Positions 9,406-18,326 of a stretch of DNA of 64,000 nt are shown in pieces; within the stretch, counting starts at the first letter, position 1, and each line of letters opens with the position of its first letter. The notes below the pieces were generated by a model. It did no database searches, was not told the DNA's origin, and saw nothing but the letters and a program-made list of their open reading frames with translations. Location of the stretch: assembly GCA_963727455.1 (NCBI GenBank), contig CAVSGG010000006.1, positions 96,001 to 160,000 on the forward strand. The letters run 5' to 3'. The position numbers and the translations under genes were made by a program. Source of the stretch: Candidatus Krumholzibacteriota bacterium (GTDB taxonomy: Bacteria > Krumholzibacteriota > Krumholzibacteriia > JAJRXK01).

Positions 9406-10041
9406 ATGCGTAAATCTCTTCTCGCTCTGGCGATCGTGGTGTTTCTCGCCCCCGTGGCGTTGGCCCGCGCGGACCAGAACAACCTTTCGGGCGAACCCGG
9501 ATACATCGACCTCAACAGCCTCAAGACTTTCGACCGCGGCAAGAGCGTGGTGGAAATCTCGTTGACGCAACCCTTGCTGAGTCTGGCCCGCTGGGCCGTC
9601 GTGGATGACGATCCGGAGATGGCCGAGATGTTGGGCGGCCTGAAGCTTTTGCAGGTCAACGTCTTCTCCTACCCCCTGAGCGAGGGAAAGAGCCTCTCCG
9701 CGAGTCTGGAGGACGTCGCGGGAAAGCTCGCCACACAGGGTTGGAATTCGGTGGTGAAGGTGAAACAGAAGAACGAAACCTGGCACATCATGGTGAAGAT
9801 GGACGAGAAGGGCGGAACCAAGGGTGCGCCCCTGCTCAACGGGGTGGCGATCCTGGGAATGGGCGACGAGAACAGCGACATTCACTATGAGGAAGGCGAC
9901 GGGTTGGAAGCGGTGTTCGTGAACGTGGTGGGCAATCTCGACTTCGCCCAGCTCAGCAAGCTCGGCAAGCATTTTGATCTGCCGATGCTGGAGAAGCTGG
10001 ACGCCAAGGACGCGGGCAAGGCCCAGGGCAGCGCTCAGTAG
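9406..10041 (+). CDS. DUF4252-family exported protein
   Basis: Signal peptide; PGYID, VVEISLTQPLL, GLKLLQV, GWNSVVKVK, VFVNVVGNLDFAQLSKLG; ECF-antisigma-DUF4252 is a familiar arrangement. Confidence 0.8.
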   Translation: MRKSLLALAIVVFLAPVALARADQNNLSGEPGYIDLNSLKTFDRGKSVVEISLTQPLLSLARWAVVDDDPEMAEMLGGLKLLQVNVFSYPLSEGKSLSASLEDVAGKLATQGWNSVVKVKQKNETWHIMVKMDEKGGTKGAPLLNGVAILGMGDENSDIHYEEGDGLEAVFVNVVGNLDFAQLSKLGKHFDLPMLEKLDAKDAGKAQGSAQ

Positions 10042-10098
10042 GGCCGAATTCGACCAAAACAGGCCCGGATTTTTTGCCGCTGGGGCGCTCTTCCGGCC

Positions 10099-10127
10099 TG
10101 GAAAAAGAACTTTGAAAGTACTAAACT
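10099..10127 (+). promoter_or_regulatory. Putative sigma70 promoter TGGAAA-N17-TAAACT
   Basis: AT-rich patch in a GC-rich context; -35 at 10099-10104, -10 at 10122-10127; faces a region with no convincing CDS. Confidence 0.45.
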
Positions 10128-10129
10128 AA

Positions 10130-10164
10130 GGAGGCCGGCATTCTGAATCAGGATGCCGGCCTTC
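10130..10164 (+). terminator. 16-bp hairpin (terminator of the ECF operon, or 5' domain of the downstream RNA)
   Basis: GGAGGCCGGCATTCTG-AAT-CAGGATGCCGGCCTTC; two G-U pairs on + strand; weak U-tract. Confidence 0.45.
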
Positions 10165-10200
10165 TCATGTCAGCTACGGCAAGTTCGGTCCTTCAGCCCC

Positions 10201-10392
10201 GAGGGGATGTGAGTTCGCGACATCGAGACAGGAGCAGGCTGGCACACGGGCGCCGCCAGTGCTCGCCTGGGTGAACTCGCTGGGCGTGGTGAGTACCTGG
10301 GTTGGACTCGATGAGGTTCCGCTGGTCGAATTGGGGACTGGGACCTCCCCGTCGACCGCGAAGGCGGATCCCAAGGCGACTCACGTCCCCTC
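10201..10392 (+). ncRNA. Candidate structured ncRNA of unknown family (~190 nt)
   Basis: Nested helices: 10201-10214/10379-10392 (14 bp, one G-U), 10221-10227/10307-10313, 10315-10322/10364-10371, 10324-10329/10352-10357, 10333-10337/10346-10350; lies between convergent genes. Confidence 0.55.
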
Positions 10393-10398
10393 ATCCTT

Positions 10399-10998
10399 CT
10401 ACTGGCGGATCAGATCTTCCTTGGACAACAGACGCGCGTGGAGATCGGTGAGGCTCGCGCTGCCCGAGAGGTTCGTCAGCGCAGGTCCGCCGGGAGTCCG
10501 CGCGTAGATATCCACGCGGAGCCAGACCTCGTTTCCACTGAAGAGTTCCAGGGTGTCCTGGTCGAGCTGGGTGCTCCCGTTCACCGGGGTCACGGTCGCG
10601 TCCTGTACGGAGACCGGAATGCTCATGATCGGGGTCGTGCTGGCGGTGGCGTCAGCGGCAGTCGCTCCCAGGAAGAGATCGAAACGCAGCTCGGCTTCAC
10701 CGCTCTGGTTGTCGAACTCTCCCTTGAGGTAGAGGGTTCCTTCCTCCATGAGAGACGCAGTGCCCAGACCCTCAAGAAGATCGATCTTCGTGGGTGGGAT
10801 GAGGTCTACCACTGGCACCCAGGTGCCGGTGGGCGGGACCTCGGCCGCGTAGTCCGTGCTCAAATCCTCTTCGTTGATGAAACTCAGGAAGTCGAGATTC
10901 AGAATGATGGTTCCACCGGCACAGGCCAAGAGCAGAAGGAAGGTCACGGCGACGAGCGAGCGCGAAGTCTTCAGGCGTTGGAAAATCGATTTCTTCAT
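10399..10998 (-). CDS. Hypothetical lipoprotein/exported beta-sandwich protein
   Basis: Basic N-terminus, hydrophobic stretch, LLA-C; beta-rich acidic body; 11 nt downstream of the barrel gene. Confidence 0.7.
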   Translation of the reverse strand: MKKSIFQRLKTSRSLVAVTFLLLLACAGGTIILNLDFLSFINEEDLSTDYAAEVPPTGTWVPVVDLIPPTKIDLLEGLGTASLMEEGTLYLKGEFDNQSGEAELRFDLFLGATAADATASTTPIMSIPVSVQDATVTPVNGSTQLDQDTLELFSGNEVWLRVDIYARTPGGPALTNLSGSASLTDLHARLLSKEDLIRQ

Positions 10999-11009
10999 GA
11001 CGCGCGTCC

Positions 11010-12383
11010 CTAGTAAAGCGTGACCGCGAGGCCCATCGAAACTCCCCGGTTCTGGGTTAAACCGAGGTTGTGAGTCTGGAATCCCGCATCGATTCCCCAG
11101 GGGCCCAGACGGAAGCCCGCGCCCCAGCTACCCTGCATGCGGCTGCGCTGATCGCGGAGAAACCCGCCGCGCACGGCCAGCCACCGGTTCAGCCAGAACT
11201 CGCCCCCTCCGTGAACGCTCAGCCCACCGGGTTGCTCCACCACGCTCGCCGCCAGCAAGTAGCGATCGCCCAGCCAGCTCGCATTGGTCATCCAGCTCAC
11301 AGGAATCTCCGTGCAGCTTACGAAATGTTGGGCGACGTTCTCGGTGATGACCTCGTTAAAATCCGGATCGAGATACGAGTGGTCCAGTTGCGTGTTCTTC
11401 CAGGTGAGGTCGGCGAAGATGTCGGCCACTCCCGCTCCGATTTCCAGTCTTCCCGAGCGCCACACTGCGCCCAGATCGATGGCATTTCCGTATCCCACGC
11501 TGCTGACGCTGTTGGGCCAGGCGCGCTGGTAGTCGGCCTGGAAGCTGGCGTCGAAGGTGTCGGTGTCCGAGGTGGAGAAAATCGGATCGCCGCTGTGCAA
11601 TCCCAGATCTCCGTCGAGACGCACGTAGCCGCCGCCGAAGTAGTGCCGGTATCCCGCGCCGAACCAGAGACCGCCGCCCTCACCATCGGTGCCGCCGTTT
11701 CCCTCCTCGCTCAAGGGCACCGCCCAGGCGAGGCCGCTCGAGAATCCGGCCTGCATGAGCGCGCTGGCGCTCGCAGTGTAGTCGGTGGATGGAGTGACCG
11801 GCTCCGCGTCGGCCAGCACCTTCACCAACTCCTCATCCAGATTGAAGTCGACCTGGGTCTGGATGAAGGGCCGCATGAGACTCAAATGGAGAAGCCCCGC
11901 GCCATCTCCCAGTCCGAAGTTCAGTCCGAGATCGGCGGGGCTGCCCATGCTCCCCATGGTGAAGCCGTCGCGCGGTATGACCTCGCGCGCATCCTTCAGA
12001 TCGAACACGAGCTGGTCCTGTCCCAGCCAGATCTCGAGTCCCTGGTCGGGGTCGTGGGGTTGCTTGAACTCCCAGGCCCAGGGAACGTTCGTGATGAAAT
12101 TGACGATGCCGATGGCGCTGAAGTCCTCGCTGTCGGGATCGAGCTCGGGGAAGTACTTGAGGAATTGAATGACCCCGATGGGTACGGGGATCGAGGTGGT
12201 CTTCTTGGAAACGCGCGGCGGAACCGCGCGGTAGGCCGGATTGATGCGGGCGAGACTGCCCGAGCCCTGATCGAGACTGACGCCACCCATGGCCATGCCG
12301 CGCGCATCGTAGCCCTGTGCAACGGCGCTGCCCGGCGCGAGCAGAAACAGCACAGCTACGGCGATCAGCAGGCTTTGGCGCAT
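11010..12383 (-). CDS. Outer-membrane beta-barrel (FadL/TraF/DUF5723-like)
   Basis: Start moved to ATG 12383 (MRQSLLIAVAV signal peptide); ARGMAMGG plug-like motif; GYGNAIDLGAVW, HGGGEFW...LAVRGG; C-terminal aromatic (LAVTLY). Confidence 0.75.
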   Translation of the reverse strand: MRQSLLIAVAVLFLLAPGSAVAQGYDARGMAMGGVSLDQGSGSLARINPAYRAVPPRVSKKTTSIPVPIGVIQFLKYFPELDPDSEDFSAIGIVNFITNVPWAWEFKQPHDPDQGLEIWLGQDQLVFDLKDAREVIPRDGFTMGSMGSPADLGLNFGLGDGAGLLHLSLMRPFIQTQVDFNLDEELVKVLADAEPVTPSTDYTASASALMQAGFSSGLAWAVPLSEEGNGGTDGEGGGLWFGAGYRHYFGGGYVRLDGDLGLHSGDPIFSTSDTDTFDASFQADYQRAWPNSVSSVGYGNAIDLGAVWRSGRLEIGAGVADIFADLTWKNTQLDHSYLDPDFNEVITENVAQHFVSCTEIPVSWMTNASWLGDRYLLAASVVEQPGGLSVHGGGEFWLNRWLAVRGGFLRDQRSRMQGSWGAGFRLGPWGIDAGFQTHNLGLTQNRGVSMGLAVTLY

Positions 12384-12629
12384 GGTGAGCCACTTTCGGG
12401 GTTGAGCGATCCGAGTCGGATCAAGCAAGTAGCTCGCCGCTTTCTTGCCCGCGTCGAAAGAGGCGCGCTCGGGCGGCAAACCGAGCCGCCGCGAGCGCTT
12501 CGTCCGCAATCGGAGTTTCCTTCCTTCGATGGAGAGAGATGGCCATCTGGAGTATGATTTTCCACCGCAGGATTCTGTGGGAGCTGCGCCGGGTCCTGCC
12601 GCGCGGCCGGCATAGAGGAGCGAAAGTTC

Positions 12630-13640
12630 ATGGATGCAGTGACGATTGCCCGCGGCTCGCGGCGCTGGTTCCGAGCGCCCCAGCTTCTGGCCCTTCTGGC
12701 CCTGTGCCTCATTGCGTGTAAGGCCGAGCCCGGGGGAAAACAGCACCGCCCCGGCTCGAGCGCGTCGGTGGATGAGGGGTTTTCGCTTCTCTCCCATGCG
12801 ATGGTCGACAGTGTGGAGCAGGCCTACCTGGGCTATGCCAGCGACGATCTGCGGGTGACAGGTTATCTCTTCATCGCGCCCTACAGCCAGCTCGAAGTCG
12901 AACCCTGCCTGATCTTCAACCACGGGGGAGTCAACGGAGTCTCCGAGGCGGTGAAGGCCAAGTGCCGCTGGCTCGCCAAGCAGGGATACCTGGTGTTCGC
13001 GCCCAGCTACCGGGGAGAGGACGACAGCCAAGGCCGCGTGGAGGTTGCCGCCGGCGAGGTGGACGACGTCCTGGCCGCCATGGCTCTCTTGGAGAAGCAC
13101 CCCGGCGTGGATCCGAGTCGCTTCGTCATGCTGGGGACCAGCCACGGAGCGTTGATCTCGGTGAAGGCAGCGACCCGTCCGCTCGGCAAACGGCTTCTAC
13201 GTGGTGTGGTTGCGGCCTACGGCGTGATGGACATCTATGCGTGGTATCAGTATCTGCTCGACAACGACTTCGACACCACCGACTCCCTCAGCGTCCGCGT
13301 CTACGGAACCGGTCCGAAGGACAAGCCAGAAGCCTTTGCCAAGCGGCAGGTGTTGACTCTCCTCGACAAGCTCGGTCCCGCCCCCATCCTGTTGGTCCAG
13401 GGAGCCAAGGACCGAATCGTCCCGGTGGAGCAGGCCAGGATCATGGCCGCGGCCCTGAAAAAGGCGGGCAGGACACAGGATCTGTTGCGCGTGTATCCTG
13501 AGGGAGCCCATGGATTCCTCTTCTGGGATGATCCCGCGCTTCATTCCAAGGAGGAACTGGCGGCATCGGAGAAGGCGTGGCGCGACATCCTCCAGTTCTT
13601 CAGAGCCACAGTCGGCACCAAGGCATCGGGTCCGAACTGA
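12630..13640 (+). CDS. Alpha/beta hydrolase, S9 (prolyl oligopeptidase-like) family lipoprotein
   Basis: Lipobox LIA-C; FNHGG, APSYRG, GTSHG nucleophile elbow, QGAKDRIVP, YPEGAHGF. Confidence 0.88.
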   Translation: MDAVTIARGSRRWFRAPQLLALLALCLIACKAEPGGKQHRPGSSASVDEGFSLLSHAMVDSVEQAYLGYASDDLRVTGYLFIAPYSQLEVEPCLIFNHGGVNGVSEAVKAKCRWLAKQGYLVFAPSYRGEDDSQGRVEVAAGEVDDVLAAMALLEKHPGVDPSRFVMLGTSHGALISVKAATRPLGKRLLRGVVAAYGVMDIYAWYQYLLDNDFDTTDSLSVRVYGTGPKDKPEAFAKRQVLTLLDKLGPAPILLVQGAKDRIVPVEQARIMAAALKKAGRTQDLLRVYPEGAHGFLFWDDPALHSKEELAASEKAWRDILQFFRATVGTKASGPN

Positions 13641-14584
13641 GGCGGATCTTCGGCACGCTCGCGCTGCTCGCTCTAGGAGTGGCCTGCACCGTGGGGGCGA
13701 AGGCCGACCCGACCCCGGTGCACCGGAGCGGTGGACCTCCACCGCTTCAGATTCGCGCCGAAGAGGGCCTGGGCAAGATGGCGGACGGAATCCTCGCACT
13801 CTGGCCAGAGATTGCGCCTTCCATTGCGAAGGGTCTGGGGCTGCAAGCGCCGCGTCCGGTGGAGATCGTTTTGCTGAGCGGGAAGACCTTTCGTCCCTGG
13901 GCACGCGGTCTGATTCCGGAGTGGGGAGCGGGATTCACGAATTGGCCCACCGGCCCCATCGTGCTGGATGCGGACGCGGTCAGCGGCGGCAGCAAGAGCC
14001 TTCCCGAAATTCTGCGCCACGAGCTCTCCCATGCCTATCTGGGGCAAAGGGTGGGACGCAACGCGGGGCTGCCGCGCTGGTTCGTCGAAGGAGTCGCGCA
14101 GGCTCAGTCCGGGGAATGGCGCTGGGTCGATACCTTCGCCCTGGTTCGCGGAGCTGCGGCGAACGATCTGCCTGCGTTGGAGCGCATTCAGTTTGCGTTT
14201 CCCAGCGGTGGATTGGCCGCGCGCCAGGCCTACGCATTGAGTCTCTCGGCCGTGCTCAATCTGCAGGATCGTCTGCGCGAGGTGGGGGGATGGCTTGCGC
14301 TGGTGGACGCTGTCGCCCAAGGAGAGCGCTTCGACTCGGCCTTTCTCCGCCTTACTGGAACCACGGTACATTCCTTCGCGCTGTCCTTCGATGAGAGCTT
14401 GAAATCTCGTTACGGCTGGATCGCCGCCGTCACGCAGGTGGCATCGGTGTTCTTGTTGATGACGCTGCTCTTCCTCGCGGGATACGCGCGGACGGTGTAC
14501 CGCAATCGACGCCGGCTGGCGGAGATGGAGGAGGAGGAGAACTCGACAGCGGATGGCCCCGGGAATTTTCCGACGCCTCTTTAG
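13577..14584 (+). CDS. Peptidase MA-like zinc metallopeptidase with C-terminal TM anchor
   Basis: LRHELSHAYL plus LPRWFVEGVAQ gluzincin motifs; N-terminal signal and C-terminal TM followed by basic residues. True start probably near the upstream stop (~13636). Confidence 0.8.
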   Translation: MARHPPVLQSHSRHQGIGSELRRIFGTLALLALGVACTVGAKADPTPVHRSGGPPPLQIRAEEGLGKMADGILALWPEIAPSIAKGLGLQAPRPVEIVLLSGKTFRPWARGLIPEWGAGFTNWPTGPIVLDADAVSGGSKSLPEILRHELSHAYLGQRVGRNAGLPRWFVEGVAQAQSGEWRWVDTFALVRGAAANDLPALERIQFAFPSGGLAARQAYALSLSAVLNLQDRLREVGGWLALVDAVAQGERFDSAFLRLTGTTVHSFALSFDESLKSRYGWIAAVTQVASVFLLMTLLFLAGYARTVYRNRRRLAEMEEEENSTADGPGNFPTPL

Positions 14585-15492
14585 CGGACGGGTGGTGCCC
14601 GCAAGTCTGCGTCGAGGACCTTCATGGCGATGGGATCGGTCAGGGCGGGAACGAAAGTCGGGACCAGCGAAGTGGCGCCGTCAGTCGCGATCCCCCACCA
14701 GTCGACTTGGGGGTCATAGATCCCGTCGCCGCTAGTGTCCAGGATGATCCCCATCGCGTAGTACTTGCCCGCGGTGAGACCATCCACCACCTCGAGGTAG
14801 CTCTCTCGCTCGGCGTCGCGATTCTTGGTGATGGCGAGGTCCACGGTGTGCGCCGGTAGAGCAAAGAGCTGCGCGGGGGAATTGACGTAACCCGCGGTTT
14901 CGTAATCGTAGAAGAGAAGCAAGGTGTACTCAGGAGAAGGCCCTCCCACAGTGCGCTGTCCGGCGATGGCCAGGATGCTGCCGGAAACTGCACTCTGCGC
15001 TTTCGTCAGGAACTCCCACAGCCAGGGATGCGCGAAGCGGGGTCCGTCGATCAGGATGCGTTGTAACTCGGTGTCTGGCTGAGGTGCGAAGCCGTCGATC
15101 CAGAAGATGGCCGAAGTGGTGCTGACGCGTCGCGTCCAACCGTCCTCCACGGGCGGCCAGAAGCCCAGCGTGAGCTCGTCGGGACTCGCCATCTGATTCA
15201 GATCGAGTCGCAGAGAGGTCGGATAGTTCACATCGTACAAGACGTAATCGTTGGGCTTGTCTGCGGTGGGAAAGGCGGGCAGGGCATTCTGGATCTTCAG
15301 GCCGGCGGGGACGATGGCATCCTCGCTGGTGGGATGGGTGCACGAGGAAGCGCTCAACAGGGGCAAGAGGACCCCCAAGAGGAGAAGCCCCACTCCTCCT
15401 CGCCAGGAATCCGCGGCACGAGGCAAAAAGGAGCCAAGGTGCACGCGCGCGGGGATTTTCGGGCGTTCGCGGAGCATGATGGTGGTGCGCAT
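14581..15492 (-). CDS. Hypothetical lipoprotein
   Basis: Hydrophobic stretch then SASS-C; C-terminal GLTAGKYYAMGIILDTSGDGIYD (DUF2141-like beta-sandwich with a DxxGDG loop). Start uncertain. Confidence 0.65.
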   Translation of the reverse strand: MRTTIMLRERPKIPARVHLGSFLPRAADSWRGGVGLLLLGVLLPLLSASSCTHPTSEDAIVPAGLKIQNALPAFPTADKPNDYVLYDVNYPTSLRLDLNQMASPDELTLGFWPPVEDGWTRRVSTTSAIFWIDGFAPQPDTELQRILIDGPRFAHPWLWEFLTKAQSAVSGSILAIAGQRTVGGPSPEYTLLLFYDYETAGYVNSPAQLFALPAHTVDLAITKNRDAERESYLEVVDGLTAGKYYAMGIILDTSGDGIYDPQVDWWGIATDGATSLVPTFVPALTDPIAMKVLDADLRAPPVR

Positions 15493-15594
15493 GACACCAA
15501 GATAAGCAGGAGGGCAGTTCCGGGGCCAGGGGGGAGCGAAAGGCCCCGGATTGCCTGCTTTCCCCCTGGGGGCACGCACAGATCGAGCAGCGCC

Positions 15595-16020
15595 CTAGGC
15601 GCCCAAGTTCCAGAGTTTCATTCCGATGCTCGCGTCGTGCGCGCGGCGCAGCTCGTATTCCCCGGGCCAGATCGAAAGCTCTGCGGTCGCGGTGATTGTG
15701 GCCGCGAAGAGGTGACCACCGACCAATGAGAATTCGGGATTGGCGAGAATGGCATGGACGTGGAGAAAGGACGCGCCGTCCTTCCAGGAGAGGTTCCCCG
15801 AGAGGCTCAGGAGTTCGTGGGGGCCGGGGAACTGGCGTCGAGTGTACTCCTCGCGCTCCAGATTCCAGTACCCCAGGTCGAGCTTGTCGACGGCTCCGAT
15901 ACCGATCACCGTGGCGTTGGGGATCTTCTGCTCCTTGGCGAATTGCTGGACGGTCTGGATGAGCTCCTCGCCGCGTTGCAAACGCATGAGGAGGCGGTTT
16001 CCGTCTTTCTTGAACTCCAT
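15595..16020 (-). CDS. PPC/DUF296 domain protein
   Basis: RLQRGEELI, GIGAV, ELLSLSGN, HVHAIL, GGHLF motifs; start at ATG 16020 with GGAGAGG upstream. Confidence 0.9.
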   Translation of the reverse strand: MEFKKDGNRLLMRLQRGEELIQTVQQFAKEQKIPNATVIGIGAVDKLDLGYWNLEREEYTRRQFPGPHELLSLSGNLSWKDGASFLHVHAILANPEFSLVGGHLFAATITATAELSIWPGEYELRRAHDASIGMKLWNLGA

Positions 16021-16086
16021 GACTGATTCCTCTCCGGTGCTGAATGACGATGATGGGTGGTGCATCCCGAACGGAAATACCACCGG

Positions 16087-16115
16087 TTGTTAAGGGGAAC
16101 AGCAACGCATACACT
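16087..16115 (+). promoter_or_regulatory. Putative sigma70 promoter TTGTTA-N17-TACACT
   Basis: -35 at 16087-16092, -10 at 16110-16115, upstream of the epimerase SD (GAGGAG). Confidence 0.5.
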
Positions 16116-16148
16116 GCCAAACCACGACGGTGTCGCAAAGAGGAGAAG

Positions 16149-17147
16149 ATGACTTTGGCGCACGAATTCTACCAGGGGAAAAATGTCCTGGTTACCGGTG
16201 GCTTGGGATTCTTGGGCAGCTCGCTCACGATCGCTCTAGTGAAGGCGGGTGCACGAGTGACCATAGCGGACGCCATGATTCCCCTCTTCGGCGGCAACCG
16301 ATTCAACGTGGAAGCGGTAAAGGACGAGATAGAGGTCCGGATTCAGGACATCAGGGACCCCGAGCCGACGAAGGCTGCGGTAGTGGGCAAGGACATTCTC
16401 TTTCACATTGGAATGCAAACCAGCCACGTCGATTCGATGACCAGGCCGCTATGGGACGTGGACATCAATTGTCGCGGAAACCTCGTTGTCTACGAGGCGG
16501 TCCGTCATCATGCTCCGCAATGCCATGTGATCTATGCGGGAACTCGGGGTCAGTATGGAACGGTAGGAAAGACGCCGATCACCGAGGAACATCCCATGCA
16601 TCCCACCGACATCTACGGGGCGAACAAGGTAGCGGCGGAACTCTACGGCTTCGTCTACGGGAAAGCCCACGGGATGCGATTTACCAGTCTGCGCGTGAAC
16701 AACACCTACGGACCCAGGCATCAGATGAAGCATGGGAAATACGGCATTCTGAACTGGTTCCTGCGACTGGCCCTCGATGGTGATACCATCTCCATCTACG
16801 GAGATGGACTGCAGAAGCGCGACTACAACTATGTCGACGACGTCACCGAGGCCTTCCTGTTGTGCGGAGAGAATGCCGAGAAGACAGTGGGGGAGGCCTA
16901 CCACTTGGGCGGTGACGAACCGCGCGCGTTCAGGGAAGTGGCGGAGATGGTCATCGAAGCCGCGGGCAGCGGCCACCTGGAACTCACTCCCTGGCCCAAG
17001 GAACGCAAGGCGATCGAGACGGGCGATTTCGTGGCGGACCACTCGAAGTTCAGCAAAACGACGGGTTGGCAGCCGAAAACCAAGCTGGCGCAGGGGCTGC
17101 CCCTGGCCGTCGAATACTACCGACGCTTCAAAGAACGTTATTGGTGA
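16149..17147 (+). CDS. NAD-dependent nucleotide-sugar epimerase/dehydratase (extended SDR)
   Basis: VTGGLGFLGS, YGANK (YxxxK), NTYGPR, YGDGLQKRDYNYVDD; SD GAGGAG before ATG 16149. Confidence 0.92.
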   Translation: MTLAHEFYQGKNVLVTGGLGFLGSSLTIALVKAGARVTIADAMIPLFGGNRFNVEAVKDEIEVRIQDIRDPEPTKAAVVGKDILFHIGMQTSHVDSMTRPLWDVDINCRGNLVVYEAVRHHAPQCHVIYAGTRGQYGTVGKTPITEEHPMHPTDIYGANKVAAELYGFVYGKAHGMRFTSLRVNNTYGPRHQMKHGKYGILNWFLRLALDGDTISIYGDGLQKRDYNYVDDVTEAFLLCGENAEKTVGEAYHLGGDEPRAFREVAEMVIEAAGSGHLELTPWPKERKAIETGDFVADHSKFSKTTGWQPKTKLAQGLPLAVEYYRRFKERYW

Positions 17148-17218
17148 AAGGGAGCGCTCGATCCCGGCGCTGAGCGCGCGCAGGAAGGACCCTCACCCCC
17201 GAAGAGCAGAGAGGTAAC

Positions 17219-17869
17219 ATGCAGTTCATCCTGGTCGTTGATCGTAAGCACATCTTCCCCCATCTTGCGCCACAAGGATTTCTCCCCCTGGATGCCGTCG
17301 ATCTTCCCTCCGTCGAAGATTACGTGTTTTTCGCCGAGCGTGGCTTCATGGAGCGATGCAGTCACTTCAAGCAGATCATCCCCTACATGGTGATCACCTT
17401 TGGCGACGACGTGCTCTGCTATCAACGGCGCGCCAAACATACCGAGTCCCGGCTCGGAGGACTTTGGACCCTGGGTTTCGGCGGGCACATCGAACCGATG
17501 GACCGCGAAGAGTCGAATCGCAGCGGTTTCATTCACGCAGCGGCCCTGCGCGAACTCAGAGAGGAAACCGGGTTGATCGTCGAGGCCTCGGCGCTCAAGC
17601 CACTGGGGTACATCAACTCTGAGCGTGAAGAAGTCAGCCAGGTGCACTTCGGCGTGTTCTTCGAGCTCGATCTGCTCGAAGACGGACGCAGCAAGGAAGA
17701 GATCGCCGAACTCGTGAGCGCGCAATCCGAACCGCATCGCGTGGCCTGGCGTTCGCGTTCCCAGCTGCGGCCGGCCCAGGGTGCCCCATCCGCGCCCGAC
17801 GAGGGCCGCTGGGAGGACTGGACGCTCTATGTCCTGCAGAGCGGCGTGCTCCACCGCGCAGAGGGCTGA
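17219..17869 (+). CDS. Predicted NUDIX-family phosphoesterase
   Basis: FKQIIPY, ESRLGG, LGFGGHIEP...RELREETG, GYIN, VSQVHFG: the YmaB/COG4112-like pattern. Confidence 0.85.
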   Translation: MQFILVVDRKHIFPHLAPQGFLPLDAVDLPSVEDYVFFAERGFMERCSHFKQIIPYMVITFGDDVLCYQRRAKHTESRLGGLWTLGFGGHIEPMDREESNRSGFIHAAALRELREETGLIVEASALKPLGYINSEREEVSQVHFGVFFELDLLEDGRSKEEIAELVSAQSEPHRVAWRSRSQLRPAQGAPSAPDEGRWEDWTLYVLQSGVLHRAEG

Positions 17870-17944
17870 TCGCGGACAAACAGCGTGGATCTGGCCACCA
17901 TCTGCCGCGGTATGAGGAGCATTCGAGGGGCGCGATCCCCCGGC

Positions 17945-18283
17945 TCAAGTCAGAAGCAGTTGCGGAAACTCGCGGAGAAATTGGGTCTGCGGGATAATGC
18001 GGTCGGCTCCGGCCAGCTTGGCCCGAATGGGGAGATCCCCCACGAAGTGATCGAGGAACGCGATGATGGCCGGATCGCAGGGGCCAGCCTTGAGGGCGGC
18101 GATGAATTCGAGGGCCTCCTCGCCCACGTTGAGATCGATGAAGACGCGGCGCAGCGGCTCACCCTGCGAGCAGCGCTGCAGGGTCTCCTGGCGGGGCACG
18201 TGCAGAAGCTGTACGCCGTGCCCTTTGGCCTGCAGCAGAAGCTGCGCCACTAGCGTTTCGTCACGGCTCACGAGGATCAACAC
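17945..18283 (-). CDS. Stand-alone atypical receiver (CheY-like) domain protein
   Basis: AGGAG then GTG 18283; (beta-alpha)5 pattern with VFIDLN, IIAFLDH, AKLAGADRII. Confidence 0.7.
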   Translation of the reverse strand: MLILVSRDETLVAQLLLQAKGHGVQLLHVPRQETLQRCSQGEPLRRVFIDLNVGEEALEFIAALKAGPCDPAIIAFLDHFVGDLPIRAKLAGADRIIPQTQFLREFPQLLLT

Positions 18284-18326
18284 GGTGCTTCTCCTGCTCT
18301 GTGCGTTCCGCCGCACACGGAAGGGT

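Noticed and set aside
10170-10394. Three short minus-strand ORFs and one plus-strand ORF in the convergent gap
   Set aside because: Low-complexity R/P/S/T composition and no motif; the nested base-pairing explains the region better. Not fully excluded.
12384-13145. N-terminal extension of the 711-aa ORF; similar over-long starts for mfd (30652), envC (38840), rsmA (42490) and DUF4159 (55990)
   Set aside because: The extensions overlap other genes or promoters, and better starts with SD, signal peptide or family N-terminus lie downstream. They are not fusions.
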